63,889 nucleotides of DNA from Heptranchias perlo. Its lineage: Eukaryota. A model generated the notes under the pieces. The model did not search any database. It had not been told where the DNA came from and saw only the letters and a list, made by a program, of their open reading frames with translations. Where the stretch lies: assembly GCF_035084215.1 (NCBI RefSeq), contig NW_027138256.1, forward strand, positions 1-63,889, given 5' to 3'. Made by a program: the position numbers and the translations under genes. Shown here one piece after another: positions 1 to 12,630 of the stretch (the stretch's first letter is position 1; each line of letters begins with the position of its first letter).

Positions 1-3000
1 TCCCATCTCCTCTTCACCCCCCCCCCATCTCCTCTTCACCCCCCCCCCCATCTCCTCTTCACCCCCCCCCCCATCTCCTCTTCACCCCCCCCCCATCTCC
101 TCTTCACCCCCCCCCCATCTCCTCTTCACCCCCCCCCCATCTCCTCTTCACCCCCCCCCCCCCCCCCCATCACCTCTCACCCCCCCCCCATCCCTCTCAC
201 CCCCCCCCATCTCAACCCCCCCCCCCATCTCCTCTTCACCCCCCCCCATCTCCTCTTCACCCCCCCCCCATCTCCTCTTCACCCCCCCCATCTCCTCTCA
301 CCCCCCCCCATCTCCTCTTCACCCCCCCCCATCTCCACAACCCCCCCCCCCCACTCCCACACCCCCCCCCACCCACAACCCCCCCCCCATCTCCTCAACC
401 CCCCCCCCATCACCACTCACCCCCCCCCATCACCTCACCCCCCCCCATCTCCTCACCACCCCCCCCATCTCCTCTTCACCCCCCCACCCCACCCCCCCCC
501 TCTCACCCCCCCATCTCCTCTTCACCCCCCCATCTCCTCTTCACCCCCCATCTCCTCTTCACCCCCCCATCTCCCTCACCCCCCCACACCCAACCCCCCC
601 CCCATCTCCTCTCACCCCCCCACACCACAACCCCCCCCCCACACCACAACCCCCCCCCCACACCACAACCCCCCCCCCCCCCACACACCACCCCCCCCCC
701 CACACCACCACCCCCCCCCCACACCACATCACCCCCCCCACACCTCACACCCCCCCCATCACCTCACCCCCCCCCCACACCTCAACCCCCCCCCCACACC
801 ACTTCACCCCCCCCCACACCACTCACCCCCCCCCCACTCCACAACACCCCCCCCACACCACTTCACCCCCCCCACTCCCACACCCCCCCCCACACCACAA
901 CCCCCCCCCCCACACCTCTCACCCCCCCCATCACCACTCACCCCCCCATCACCTCAACCCCCCCCCCATCTCCTCACCCCCCCCATCACCTCAACCCCCC
1001 CCATCACCTCTTCACCCCCCCCCACCTCTCACCCCCCCCATCACCTCATCACCCCCCCCATCACCTCTTCACCCCCCCCATCTCCTCTTCACCCCCCCCA
1101 TCTCCTCACCCCCCCCCATCTCCTCTTCACCCCCCCCCATCTCCTCTTCACCCCCCCATCTCCTCACCCCCCCCCATCTCCTCTTCACCCCCCCATCTCC
1201 TCTTCACCCCCCCCATCTCCTCTTCACCCCCCCCATCTCCTCTTCACCCCCCCATCTCCTCTCACCCCCCCCATCTCCTCTTCACCCCCCCATCTCCTCT
1301 TCACCCCCCCCATCACCTCTCACCCCCCCCATCTCCTCTTCACCCCCCCCATCTCCTCTTCACCCCCCCCATCTCCTCACCCCCCCCATCTCCTCTTCAC
1401 CCCCCCATCTCCTCTTCACCCCCCCCATCTCCTCTTCACCCCCCCATCCTCTTCACCCCCCCATCTCCTCTCACCCCCCCCATCTCCTCTTCACCCCCCC
1501 ATCTCCTCTTCACCCCCCCCATCTCCTCTTCACCCCCCCCATCTCCTCTTCACCCCCCCCATCTCCTCTTCACCCCCCCCATCTCCTCTTCACCCCCCCC
1601 ATCTCCTCTTCACCCCCCCCCCATCTCCTCTTCACCCCCCCCATCTCCTCTTCACCCCCCCCATCTCCTCTTCACCCCCCCCATCTCCTCTTCACCCCCC
1701 CCATCTCCTCTTCACCCCCCCCATCTCCTCTTCACCCCCCCCATCTCCTCTTCACCCCCCCCATCTCCTCTTCACCCCCCCCATCTCCTCTTCACCCCCC
1801 CCATCTCCTCTTCACCCCCCCATCTCCTCTTCACCCCCCCCATCTCCTCTTCACCCCCCCCATCTCCTCTTCACCCCCCCCATCTCCTCTTCACCCCCCC
1901 CATCTCCTCTTCACCCCCCATCTCCTCTTCACCCCCCCATCTCCTCTTCACCCCCCCATCTCCTCACCCCCCCCATCTCCTCTTCACCCCCCCCATCTCC
2001 TCTTCACCCCCCCCATCTCCTCTTCACCCCCCCCATCTCCTCTTCACCCCCCCCATCTCCTCGTCACCCCCCCCATCTCCTCGTCACCCCCCCCATCTCC
2101 TCGTCACCCCCCCCATCTCCTCTTCACCCCCCCCATCTCCTCTTCACCCCCCCCCATCTCCTCTTCACCCCCCCCCATCTCCTCTTCACCCCCCCCCATC
2201 TCCTCTTCACCCCCCCCCATCTCCTCTTCACCCCCCCCATCTCCTCTTCACCCCCCCCATCTCCTCTTCACCCCCCCCATCTCCTCTTCACCCCCCCATC
2301 TCCTCTTCACCCCCCCCATCTCCTCTTCACCCCCCCCATCTCCTCTTCACCCCCCCCCATCTCCTCTTCACCCCCCCATCTCCTCTTCACCCCCCCCATC
2401 TCCTCTTCACCCCCCCCATCTCCTCTTCACCCCCCCATCTCCTCTTCACCCCCCCCATCTCCTCTTCACCCCCCCATCTCCTCTTCACCCCCCCCATCTC
2501 CTCTTCACCCCCCCCATCTCCTCTTCACCCCCCCCATCTCCTCTTCACCCCCCCCATCTCCTCTTCACCCCCCCCATCTCCTCTTCACCCCCCCCATCTC
2601 CTCTTCACCCCCCCCATCTCCTCTTCACCCCCCCATCTCCTCTTCCCCCCCATCTCCTCTTCACCCCCCCCATCTCCTCTTCACCCCCCCCATCTCCTCT
2701 TCACCCCCCCCATCTCCTCTTCACCCCCCCCATCTCCTCTTCACCCCCCCATCTCCTCTTCACCCCCCCCATCTCCTCTTCACCCCCCCATCTCCTCTTC
2801 ACCCCCCCCATCTCCTCTTCACCCCCCCCATCTCCTCTTCACCCCCCCATCTCCTCTTCACCCCCCCATCTCCTCTTCACCCCCCCCATCTCCTCTTCAC
2901 CCCCCCCATCTCCTCTTCACCCCCCCCATCTCCTCTTCACCCCCCCCATCTCCTCTTCACCCCCCCCATCTCCTCTTCACCCCCCCCATCTCCTCTTCAC

Positions 3001-3787
3001 CCCCCCCATCTCCTCTTCACCCCCCCATCTCCTCTTCACCCCCCCCATCTCCTCTTCACCCCCCCATCTCCTCTTCACCCCCCCCATCTCCTCTTCACCC
3101 CCCCCATCTCCTCTTCACCCCCCCATCTCCTCTTCACCCCCCCCATCTCCTCTTCACCCCCCCCATCTCCTCTTCACCCCCCCCATCTCCTCTTCACCCC
3201 CCCCATCTCCTCTTCACCCCCCCATCTCCTCTTCACCCCCCCCATCTCCTCTTCACCCCCCCCATCTCCTCTTCACCCCCCCATCTCCTCTTCACCCCCC
3301 CCATCTCCTCTTCACCCCCCCATCTCCTCTTCACCCCCCCATCTCCTCTTCACCCCCCCCATCTCCTCTTCACCCCCCCCATCTCCTCTTCACCCCCCCC
3401 ATCTCCTCTTCACCCCCCCCATCTCCTCTTCACCCCCCCATCTCCTCTTCACCCCCCCCATCTCCTCTTCACCCCCCCCATCTCCTCTTCACCCCCCCCA
3501 TCTCCTCTTCACCCCCCCATCTCCTCTTCACCCCCCCATCTCCTCTTCACCCCCCCCATCTCCTCTTCACCCCCCCCATCTCCTCTTCACCCCCCCCATC
3601 TCCTCTTCACCCCCCCATCTCCTCTTCACCCCCCACATCTCCTCTTCACCCCCCCCATCTCCTCTTCACCCCCCCATCTCCTCTTCACCCCCCCCATCTC
3701 CTCTTCACCCCCCCCATCTCCTCTTCACCCCCCCCATCTCCTCTTCACCCCCCCCATCTCCTCTTCACACCCCCCCCCATCTCCTCA
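1..3787. repeat. ~20-bp minisatellite (CATCTCCTCTTCAC(C)n), almost G-free on + strand, in a TM9SF1 intron
   Basis: Tandem units read directly. The first ~1 kb is degenerate. The array ends ~45 nt before the acceptor at 3830. Confidence 0.95.
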
Positions 3788-3830
3788 GTCGTGTTCCCCC
3801 CGGTGACCCTGTTCCTTCTGGTCTGTCCAG

Positions 3831-4016
3831 GTATCATCGCCATGGCGCTGATGGGGATGTTCAACGTTCACCGCCACGGGGCCATCAACTCTGCGGCCAT
3901 CTTGCTGTACGCCCTGACCTGCTGCGTCTCCGGCTACATCTCCAGCAACTTCTACCGCAAGATCGGAGGCGACCGCTGGGTGTGGAACATTGTCCTCACC
4001 ACCAGCCTCTTCTCAG
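3831..4016 (+). CDS. TM9SF1: TM9SF1 internal coding exon ([36 protein letters not shown]...TTSLFS)
   Basis: CAG acceptor at 3828-3830, GTAACG donor at 4017, 186 bp, phase 1/1. The peptide matches recalled transmembrane 9 superfamily member 1. Confidence 0.93.
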
Positions 4017-4332
4017 GTAACGGCGGGGCTGGGGAGATAACGGGATTGCCCGGGGCGGGGGTGGGGGCTGGGGGTGAAAGGTCGTCCCCCAGGGGGAATT
4101 TCGGAATAGTCAAGCCGGGAGGTACCAAAGGCCGGGGACGAGGGTTTCCGCAGCGGATGAGCTGAGGCGGGGCGGAGACGGGCGATGTCGCGGAGGCGGA
4201 AGTCGGCGGTCTTTACGACGGGGACGATATCCGGCCGGAAGCTCATCTCGGGGGCCAGACGGGACGCCGCGTTTGCGGCTGAAACGCCGAGATCGGATCG
4301 GCCGCTCTGGGAAAGGCGCCTCGCTCTGTCCG

Positions 4333-4363
<31 letters not shown>

Positions 4364-4379
4364 TTCCCTCCTTCCGCAG

Positions 4380-4653
4380 CTCCGTTCTTCCTCACCTGGA
4401 GCGTCATCAACACGGTTCACTGGGCCAACGGCTCGACCCAGGCCCTCCCCGTCACCACCATCCTGCTGCTGCTCACCGTCTGGCTGCTGGTGGGCTTCCC
4501 GCTCACCGTCATCGGCGGCATCTTCGGCAAGAACAGCGCCACCGGTTTCGACGCCCCCTGCCGGACGAAGAACATTGCCCGGGAGATCCCCCCGCAGCCC
4601 TGGTACAAGTGTGTGCTCGTCCACATGACCATCGGGGGCTTCCTCCCCTTCAG
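4380..4653 (+). CDS. TM9SF1: TM9SF1 penultimate coding exon ([24 protein letters not shown]...GGFLPFS)
   Basis: CT tract plus CAG at 4377-4379, donor GTTGGT at 4654, 274 bp. Phases are compatible with both neighbouring exons. Confidence 0.93.
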
Positions 4654-4694
4654 GTTGGTGCTGTCTGCTCGTTCTTTCCGCGCCCCCACAACTC

Positions 4695-5078
4695 AAAGTT
4701 GCTCATGGGATTGGGGGTAATATATTCGCATGGATAGAGGATTGGTTAACGGACAGAAAACAGAGAGTAGGGATAAACGGGTCATTCTCAGGTTGGCAGG
4801 CTGTAACTAGTGGGGTGCCGCAAGGATCAGTGCTTGGGCCTCAGCTATTTACAATCTATATTAATGACTTAGATGAAGGGACCGAGTGTAATGTATCCAA
4901 GTTTGCTGACTATACAAAGCTAGGTGGGAAAGTAAGCTGTGAGGAGGACACAAAGAGTCTGCAAAGGGATATAGACAGGTTAGGTGAGTGGGCAAGAAGG
5001 TGGCAGATGGAGTATAATGTGGGGAAATGTGAGGTTATTCACTTTGGTAGGAAGAATAGAAAAACAGAATATTTTTTC
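4695..5078 (+). mobile_element. CR1 LINE ORF2 reverse-transcriptase fragment
   Basis: Translates to PQGSVLGPQLFTIYINDLD...SKFADYTKLGG...WQMEYNVGKCEVIHFG. Confidence 0.9.
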
Positions 5079-5102
5079 TGTTCAACACAGATTGAGGGAA
5101 AT

Positions 5103-5667
5103 GGAACATCAGAAATAGGAGCAGGAGTCGGCCATTCGGCCCCTCGAGCCTGCTCCCCCATTCAATCAGATCATGGCTGATCTTCGACCTCAACTCCACT
5201 TTCCCGCCCGATCCCCATTCCCCTCGAGTCCAAAAATCCATCGATCTCAGTCTTGAATATACTCAACGACTGAGCATCCACAGCCCTCTGGGGTAGAGAA
5301 TTCCAAAGATTCACAACCCTCTGAGTGAAGAAATTCCTCCTCCTCTCAGTCCTAAATGGCCGACCCCTTATCCTGAGACTATGCCCCCTGGTTCTAGACT
5401 CTCCAGCCAGGGGAAACAGCCTCTCAGCATCTACCCTGTGAAGCCCCCTCAGAATCTTATATGTTTCAATGAGATCACCTCTCATTCTTCTAAACTCCAG
5501 AGAGTATCGGCCCATTCCACTCAATCTCTCCTCATAGGACAACCCTCTCATCCCAGGAATTAATCTGGTGAACCTTCACTGCACCGTCTCTAAGGCAAGT
5601 ATATCCTTCCTTAGATAAGGAGACCAAAACTGTACACAGTACTCCAGGTGAGGCCTCACCAGAGCCT
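5103..5667 (-). mobile_element. CR1 LINE 3' end (ORF2 C-terminus and 3' UTR)
   Basis: Translates to LVRPHLEY...GLSYEERL...RGDLIETYKI...RVVNLWNSLP, followed by a CR1-type 3' tail. Confidence 0.9.
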
Positions 5668-6009
5668 GGGCTCTTCCAGCTCTGTGTGGGGCTCGGTACC
5701 AGTTGCAGCCCCCGCCTCTACCCCTCACCGCCCCCCGGGGCTGGGATCAGCTAACTGAGCGCACGTGTTTCCCAGTGGGATACCTCACCGTCACTTCCTC
5801 TACGGACGCGTGCGAGTGGTAGAATGGGGCCGCTCGGGTGAGCCCGTTCTCGCCACCCTCCCGAAGCGAAGTGCGGGAGCCCTCGGAGGAGGAGGGGGTG
5901 GGGGGATTAACCGGATAGGGGGAAGGAGGAGGGAATCTGCCTGGAGTGCTCGTCCTGACTCTCTCGTGTGTGTGTGTTCTCTCTCTCTCTCTCCCCCTCC
6001 CCACCGCAG

Positions 6010-6403
6010 TGCCATCTCGGTCGAGCTGTACTACATCTTTGCCACCATGTGGGGCCGCGAGCAGTACACGTTGTACGGCATTCTCTTCATCGTCTTCGCC
6101 ATCCTGCTGAGCGTCAGCGCCTGCATCTCCATCGCCCTGACCTACTTCCAGCTGTCGAGCGAGGATTACCGCTGGTGGTGGCGCTCGATCGTCAGCACTG
6201 GCTCCACCGGCTCCTTCATGTTCCTCTACTCCGTCTTCTACTACTTCAAGCGTTCCAACATGTCGGGGGCAGTGCAGACCCTCGAGTTCTTCGGCTACTC
6301 CTTCCTCACCTGCTACGTCTTCTTCCTCATGCTGGGCTCCGTCTCCTTCTTCGCCTCGCTGCAGTTCATCCGCTACATCTACGTCAACCTCAAGATGGAC
6401 TGA
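6010..6403 (+). CDS. TM9SF1: TM9SF1 last coding exon ([23 protein letters not shown]...YVNLKMD*)
   Basis: CAG acceptor at 6007-6009, TGA at 6401-6403. The C-terminal KxD motif is typical of TM9SF proteins. Confidence 0.95.
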
Positions 6404-7657
6404 CCGCCGGTAATTTCTCCTCCTCCCTCCCTCCCTCCCTCCGCCTCTTCCCCGCCCCGACCACTGCGTACGCACCCTCGCCTCCTCCTCCTTCTTCCAG
6501 TGCAACAGCCTCCGAGGGGCTGGGCGGCCTCCCCCCTCTGTGGGACGGGCCCGAGGGGGCCTCCGTGCTGGTGAAGGTTCGTCATTGCCCTCCTGTGCCC
6601 CCCACCCCCGCCGCGCCTGGGAATGACTGTGTGCATCTTCCCGTCCCTCCCTCGCTCACTGCCGGGATCGGGAGGGTGGGTCTGGGCTAGTTTGCGGGGA
6701 GCGTGCGGTTACGCCGAGGGCCGTGGAATGTTGCGGCAGCAGCCGTTTCCGTGAGAAATCCGGCCTCTCCTCCCCCCCCCCCCCGCCCCCACCACCACCA
6801 AACCCGGCGTTTTTAACCGTCGGGCGGAGGGTGTGAAAATTCCCGGCCGACGTGACGACCTCATGGCTCTCGGGATCTGGGAACAAACGACACACTCTTC
6901 CCCCACCCCGGGCCACGTCCTCCTCCTCTCCCCGGGCCGCGCCCTCCTCTCTCCCCTCCCCCCTCCCCGGGCCGCACCCTCCTCTCTCCTCTCTCCCCTC
7001 TCCGGGCCACACCTTCCCACCCTCCTCTCCCCTTCCCCGCACCTTCCCTTTCCCCCGCACCCCCCTTCCCGCTCCCCCTCGGTCACACCCTCCTCCTTCC
7101 CTCCCTCCCTCCTCCCTGTCCTACCCCAATGGCAATAGAATCGCGTGTCTTCCCTCGCACCACGAGCAATGCCACGGGAGGTCAGCCGCGCGCGTGCACA
7201 GTCGGTTCAGGCCGGCTGGTCGCGAGCGAGTCGGTCGGCGGGCCGTCCATCCCGCTGCTCCCGGCCCAGCCCGACCCCGGGTTCCGATGTCCGCCCCCAC
7301 CCCCACAAGTGACCACCTCCTGCGGACTTTCACGTACGTGTTGTGTTTTTTTTTCCAACGCAGATTCCAAAATGACGGCAGACCCGGGACGGCGGGGCGG
7401 AGCGTGCGGGGGGGAGGATGTCGCCGAGCCGCGGGCGTCTCGCCTCACGGGCCAAGGGATCGCCTCCAGCTGCACGGAGCCCTGGAATTCTCGACACTAG
7501 GAATGTCTCCCTGTTTCTTTAGCGAGCTTGTGTGGGCAGCGCGTCCTCGCCTCCTGTGCTCGCCCACGGTGTAAAATATGTAACATTATAAATATATCAG
7601 AACAATGAGAGGGTTGTGAAATTTTATAAACTGTAATCCACCTATAATGGATTGGAG

Positions 7658-8493
7658 CTTCTTTGTACAGCGGGGTCCGGCCCGGCCCGGCCCTTCTTTG
7701 TACAGCGGGGTCCGGCCCGGCCCGGCCCTTCTTTGTACAGCGGGGTCCGGCCCGGCCCGGCCCTTCTTTGTACAGCGGGGGTCCGGCCCGGCCCGGCCCT
7801 TCTTTGTACAGCGGGGCCCGGCCCGGCCCTTCTTTGTACAGCGGGGCCCGGCCCGGCCCTGCCCTTCTTTGTACAGCGGGGTCCGGCCCGGCCCGGCCCT
7901 TCTTTGTACAGCGGGGTCCGGCCCGGCCCGGCCCTTCTTTGTACAGCGGGGTCCGGCCCGGCCCGGCCCTTCTTTGTACAGCGGGGTCCGGCCCGGCCCG
8001 GCCCTTCTTTGTACAGCGGGGTCCGGCCCGGCCCGGCCCTTCTTTGTACAGCGGGGTCCGGCCCGGCCCGGCCCTTCTTTGTACAGCGGGGTCCGGCCCG
8101 GCCCGGCCCTTCTTTGTACAGCGGGGTCCGGCCCGGCCCGGCCCTTCTTTGTACAGCGGGGTCCGGCCCGGCCCGGCCCTTCTTTGTACAGCGGGGTCCG
8201 GCCCGGCCCGGCCCTTCTTTGTACAGCGGGGTCCGGCCCGGCCCGGCCCTTCTTTGTACAGCGGGGTCCGGCCCGGCCCGGCCCTTCTTTGTACAGCGGG
8301 GTCCGGCCCGGCCCGGCCCTTCTTTGTACAGCGGGGTCCGGCCCGGCCCGGCCCTTCTTTGTACAGCGGGGTCCGGCCCGGCCCGGCCCTTCTTTGTACA
8401 GCGGGGTCCGGCCCGGCCCGGCCCTTCTTTGTACAGCGGGGTCCGGCCCGGCCCGGCCCTTCTTTGTACAGCGGGGTCCGGCCCGGCCCGGCC
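7658..8493. repeat. 35-bp near-perfect minisatellite (CTTCTTTGTACAGCGGGGTCCGGCCCGGCCCGGCC), ~24 copies, probably in the TM9SF1 3' UTR
   Basis: A period of 35 is read directly. The array lies between the stop codon and the AATAAA at 8690. Confidence 0.95.
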
Positions 8494-8689
8494 CTTTGCT
8501 GTTGCCGATTGATTTATATCATCTTCACTTCGAAATTCGAAGGTGGAATTTTGTCCAATTAAAAGCTATCTGGATTTTATTTTTTTTCTGCGATCGCTGG
8601 TTCAGGAATCTCCTCGTGTGTGTGGGTGTGCGTGTGTGTGTGTGTGAGAGAGTTTGGGTTTATTTTCTTTTGCCACTGTCCTTTATTAT

Positions 8690-8695
8690 AATAAA
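8690..8695 (+). terminator. Candidate TM9SF1 polyadenylation signal AATAAA
   Basis: First canonical hexamer noticed after the stop codon, in a T-rich context with T/GT-rich sequence downstream. Confidence 0.6.
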
Positions 8696-8815
8696 ACTAT
8701 TTTCTCTCTTGATCGCTCGCTGGTTGTCTGGGCTGCAGTCGTGAGACTCCCACCGTATGTGATACATCCCTCGCTGTAACTCTGATATACCCCACACCCC
8801 TCACTGTAACACTCT

Positions 8816-11800
8816 GTAAAAGGAGAGTCCGAGAGGTGAGCGCGGTGTAAAAGGAGAGTCCAAGACCGAGAGGGGAGAGCGGGAGGTGAACACAGTGTAA
8901 ATCTAAGGCAAGTCATGGCAGCAGAGCTCGCGCTCGCCTCGTGATATGCTCCTCCTGCACTATGTGGGAAGTCATGGACACTACCAGTGTCCCTGGCGAC
9001 CATGTGTGCAGGAAGTGTGTCTAGCTGCAGCTACTGACTAACCGTATTTCGAAGCTGGAGTTGCGGGTGGATTCACTGTGGAGCATCCGCGATGCTGAGA
9101 CTATCGTGGATAGCACGTTCAGTGAGATGGTCACACCGCAGGTAAAGATTACGCAGGCAGAAAGGAAATGGGTGACTGCCAGACAGAGTAAATGGACTAG
9201 GCAGGAAGAGCAGGAGTCCCCTGGGGCCATCTCCCTCTCAAACAGATATTCTGCTTTGGATACTGTTGGGGGAGATGGCTTATCAGGGGAAAGCAGCAAG
9301 AGCCAGGTTCGGGGCTCCACGGGTGGCTCTGCTGCACAGGAGGGGAGGAATAAGAGTGGCAGGGCTATAGTGATAGGGGGTTCCATTGTAAGGAGAACAG
9401 ATAGGCGTTTCTGCGGCCGTAAACGTGACTCCAGGATGGTATGTTGCCTCCCTGGTGCTAGGGTCAAGGATGTCATGGAGCAGCTGCAGGGGGAGGGTGA
9501 ACAGCCAGTAGTCGTGGTCCATATCGGTACCAACGACATAGGTTTAAAAAAAGGGATGAGGTCCTGCAAGGTGAATTTAAGGAATTAGGAGATAAATTAA
9601 AAAGCAGGACCTCAAAGGTAGTGATCTCAGGATTACTACCAGTGCCACGTGCTAGTGAGTATAGGAACAGGAGAATAGACCAGATGAATGCATGGCTGCA
9701 GGGATGGTGTAGGAGGGAGGGATTTGGGACCAGTTCTGGGGAAGGTGGGACCTGTACAAGTGGGACGGGTTACACCCGAGCAGGACCGGGACTGATGTCC
9801 TCGCGGGGGTGTTTGCTAGTGCTGTTGGGGAAGGTTTAAACTAGAATGGCAGGGGGATGGGAACCTGAGCAGGAGGAAACAAAAGACAGAAAGGTAAGAA
9901 GCAATAGTGGAAGGCAGAGAAAACAAGGGCGAAAAGCAAATATGGCCATAGTGCAAAATAAAACTAAGATGACTAGCAATCTTAAAAAGACAAGTCTAAA
10001 GGCATTGTGTCTTAATGCGCGGAGCATTCGCAATAAGGTAGATGAATTAACAGCGCAGATAGATATTAACGGTTATGATATGGTTGCGATTACGGAGACA
10101 TGGCTGCAGGGTGACCAAGGATGGGAACTGAACATCCAGGGGTATTCAATATTTAGGAAGGACAGGCAAAAAGGGAAAGGAGGTGGGGTAGCGTTGTTAG
10201 TAAAGGGGGAAATCAATGCAATAGTGAGGAAGGATATTGGCTCGGAAAATCACGATGTGGAATCTGTATGGGTGGAGCTAAGAAACACCAAGGGGCAGAA
10301 AACGATGGTGGGGGTTGTCTATAGGCCCCCAAACAGTAGTGGAGACGTAGGGGAGGGCATTAAACAGGAAATTAGAGATGCATGCAAGAAGGGTACAACT
10401 ATAATCATGGGTGACTTTAATCTACATATAGATTGGTCAAACCAAATTAGCAATAATACAGTGGGGGAGGAATTCCTGGAGTGTGTGCATGATGGTTTTC
10501 TAGACCAATACGTTGAGGAACCAACTAGAGAACAGGCGATCCTAGACTGAGTATTGTGCAATGAGAAAGGATTAATTAACAATCTTGTTGTGCGGGGTCC
10601 CTTAGGGAAGAGCGATCATAACATGATAGAATTCCTCATTAAGATGGAGAGTGAAATAGTTGAATCCGAAACTTGGGTCCTGAATCTAAATAAAGGAAAT
10701 TATGAAAGTATGAGGTGCGAGTTGGCTACGATAGATTGGGGAACTTTACTAAAAGGGATGACGGTGGATAGGCAATGGCTAATATTTAAAGAACGTGTGC
10801 AGGAATTACAACAATTCTTCATTCCTGTCCTGTACAAAAATAAAACAGGAAAGGTGGCTCATAAATGAAATTAAAGTTAGTATTAGATCCAAAGAGGAGA
10901 CATATAAAATTGCCAGAAAAAGCGGCAAGCCTGAGGATTGGGAGCAGTTCTGAATTCAGCAAAGGAGGACAAAGAGATTGATTAAGAGGGGAAAAATAGA
11001 GTATGAGAGTAAACTAGCAGGGAACATAAAAACTGACTGTAAAAGCTTCTATAAATATGTCAAGAAAAAGATTAGTGAAGACAAATGTAGGTCCCTTACA
11101 GTCAGAAATGGGGGAAATTATAATGGGGAACAAAGAAATGGCAGAACAATTAAACACATACTTTGGTTCAGTCTTCACAAAGGAGGACACAAATAACCTC
11201 CCAGAAATGTAGGGGAACCAAGGGTCTAGTGAGAGGGAGGAACTGAAGGAAACCAGTATTAGTAAAAAAAAAGTGCTAGGGAAATTAATGGGGCTAAAGG
11301 CTGAAAAATTCCCAGGACCTGATAATCTACATCCCAGAGTACTAAAGGAAGTCGCCCTGGAAATAGTGGATACATTAGTGATCATCTTCCAAAATTCTAT
11401 AGACTCTGGAACAGTTCCTACAGATTGGAGGGTAGCAAGTGTAACCCCACTATTTAAAAAAGGAGGGAGAAAAAACAGGGAATTACAGACCAGTTAGCTT
11501 AACATCAGTAGTGGGGAAAATGCTAGAGTCTATTATAAAAGATGTGATAACAGAACACTTGGAGGGCATTAACGGGATTGGACAAAGACAGCATGGGTTT
11601 GTGAAAAGGGAAATCACGCTTAACAAACCTACTGGAGTTTTTTGAGGATGTAACTAGTAGAATAGATAGGGGAGAACCAGTGGATGTGGTGTATTTGGAT
11701 TTTCAGAAGGCCTTTGATAAGGTGCCACACAAGAGGTTAGTGTGCAAAATTAAAGCACATGGGATTGGGGGGAATACACTGGCATGGATTGAGAATTGTT

Positions 11801-12630
11801 TGACAGACAGGAAACAGAGAGTAGGAATAAACGGGTCTTTTTCTGGGTGACAGGCAGTGACTAGTGGGGTATTGCAGGGATCAGTGCTTGGGCCCCAGCT
11901 ATTCACAATGATTTGGATGGGGGAACTAAATGTAACATTTCCAAGTTTGCAGACGACACAAAGCTGGGGTGGAATGTGAGCTGTGAGGTGGATGCAAAGA
12001 GGCTCCAATGTGATTTAGACAAGTTGGGTGAGTGGGCAAGAACATGGCAGATGCAGTATAAATGTGAGGTTATCCACTTTGGTTGTAAAAACAGAAAGGC
12101 AGATTATTATCTGAATGGTGATAGATTGGGAAAAGGGGAGGTGCAACGAGACCTGGGTGTCCTTGTACACCAGTCGCTGAAAGCGAGCATTCAGGTGCAG
12201 CAAGCAGTTAGGAAGGCGAATGGTATGTTGGCCTTCATTGCAAGAGGATTTGAGTACAGGAACAGGGATGTCTTACCGCAGTTATACAGGGCCTCAGTGA
12301 GACCACATCTGGAGTATGATGTGCAGTTTTGGTCTCCTTATCTGAGGAAGGATGTCCTTGCCATGGAGGGAGTGCAACGAAGGTTTACCAGACTGATTCC
12401 TGGGATGGCAGGACTGACGTATGAGGAGAGATTGGGTCGACTAGGCCTATATTCACTAGAGTTTAGAAGAATGAGAGGTGATCTCATCGAAACATATAAA
12501 ATTCTAACAGGACTCGACAGACGAGATGCAGGGAGGATGTTCCCGATGGCTGGGGAGTCCAGAACCAGGGGTCACAGTCTCAGGATACGGGGTATGCCAT
12601 TTAGAACCGAGATAGGAGACATTTCTTCAC
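8816..12630 (+). mobile_element. Near full-length, decayed CR1 LINE: ORF1 (CxxC...CxxC zinc motif, coiled coil, SGNH/GDSL esterase) and ORF2 (APE endonuclease, RT); 3' UTR missing
   Basis: ORF1 motifs CSSC...CRKC, IGGSIVRR and HIGTND. ORF2 motifs LNARSIRNK, ITETWL, MGDFN, SDHN and FADDTKL. Multiple stops and frameshifts. Confidence 0.95.

Noticed and set aside
7658-8493. 35-bp repeats with internal dyad symmetry, superficially CRISPR-like (also the 33-, 39- and 47-bp arrays)
   Set aside because: Units are contiguous with no unique spacers, there are no cas genes and the context is vertebrate.
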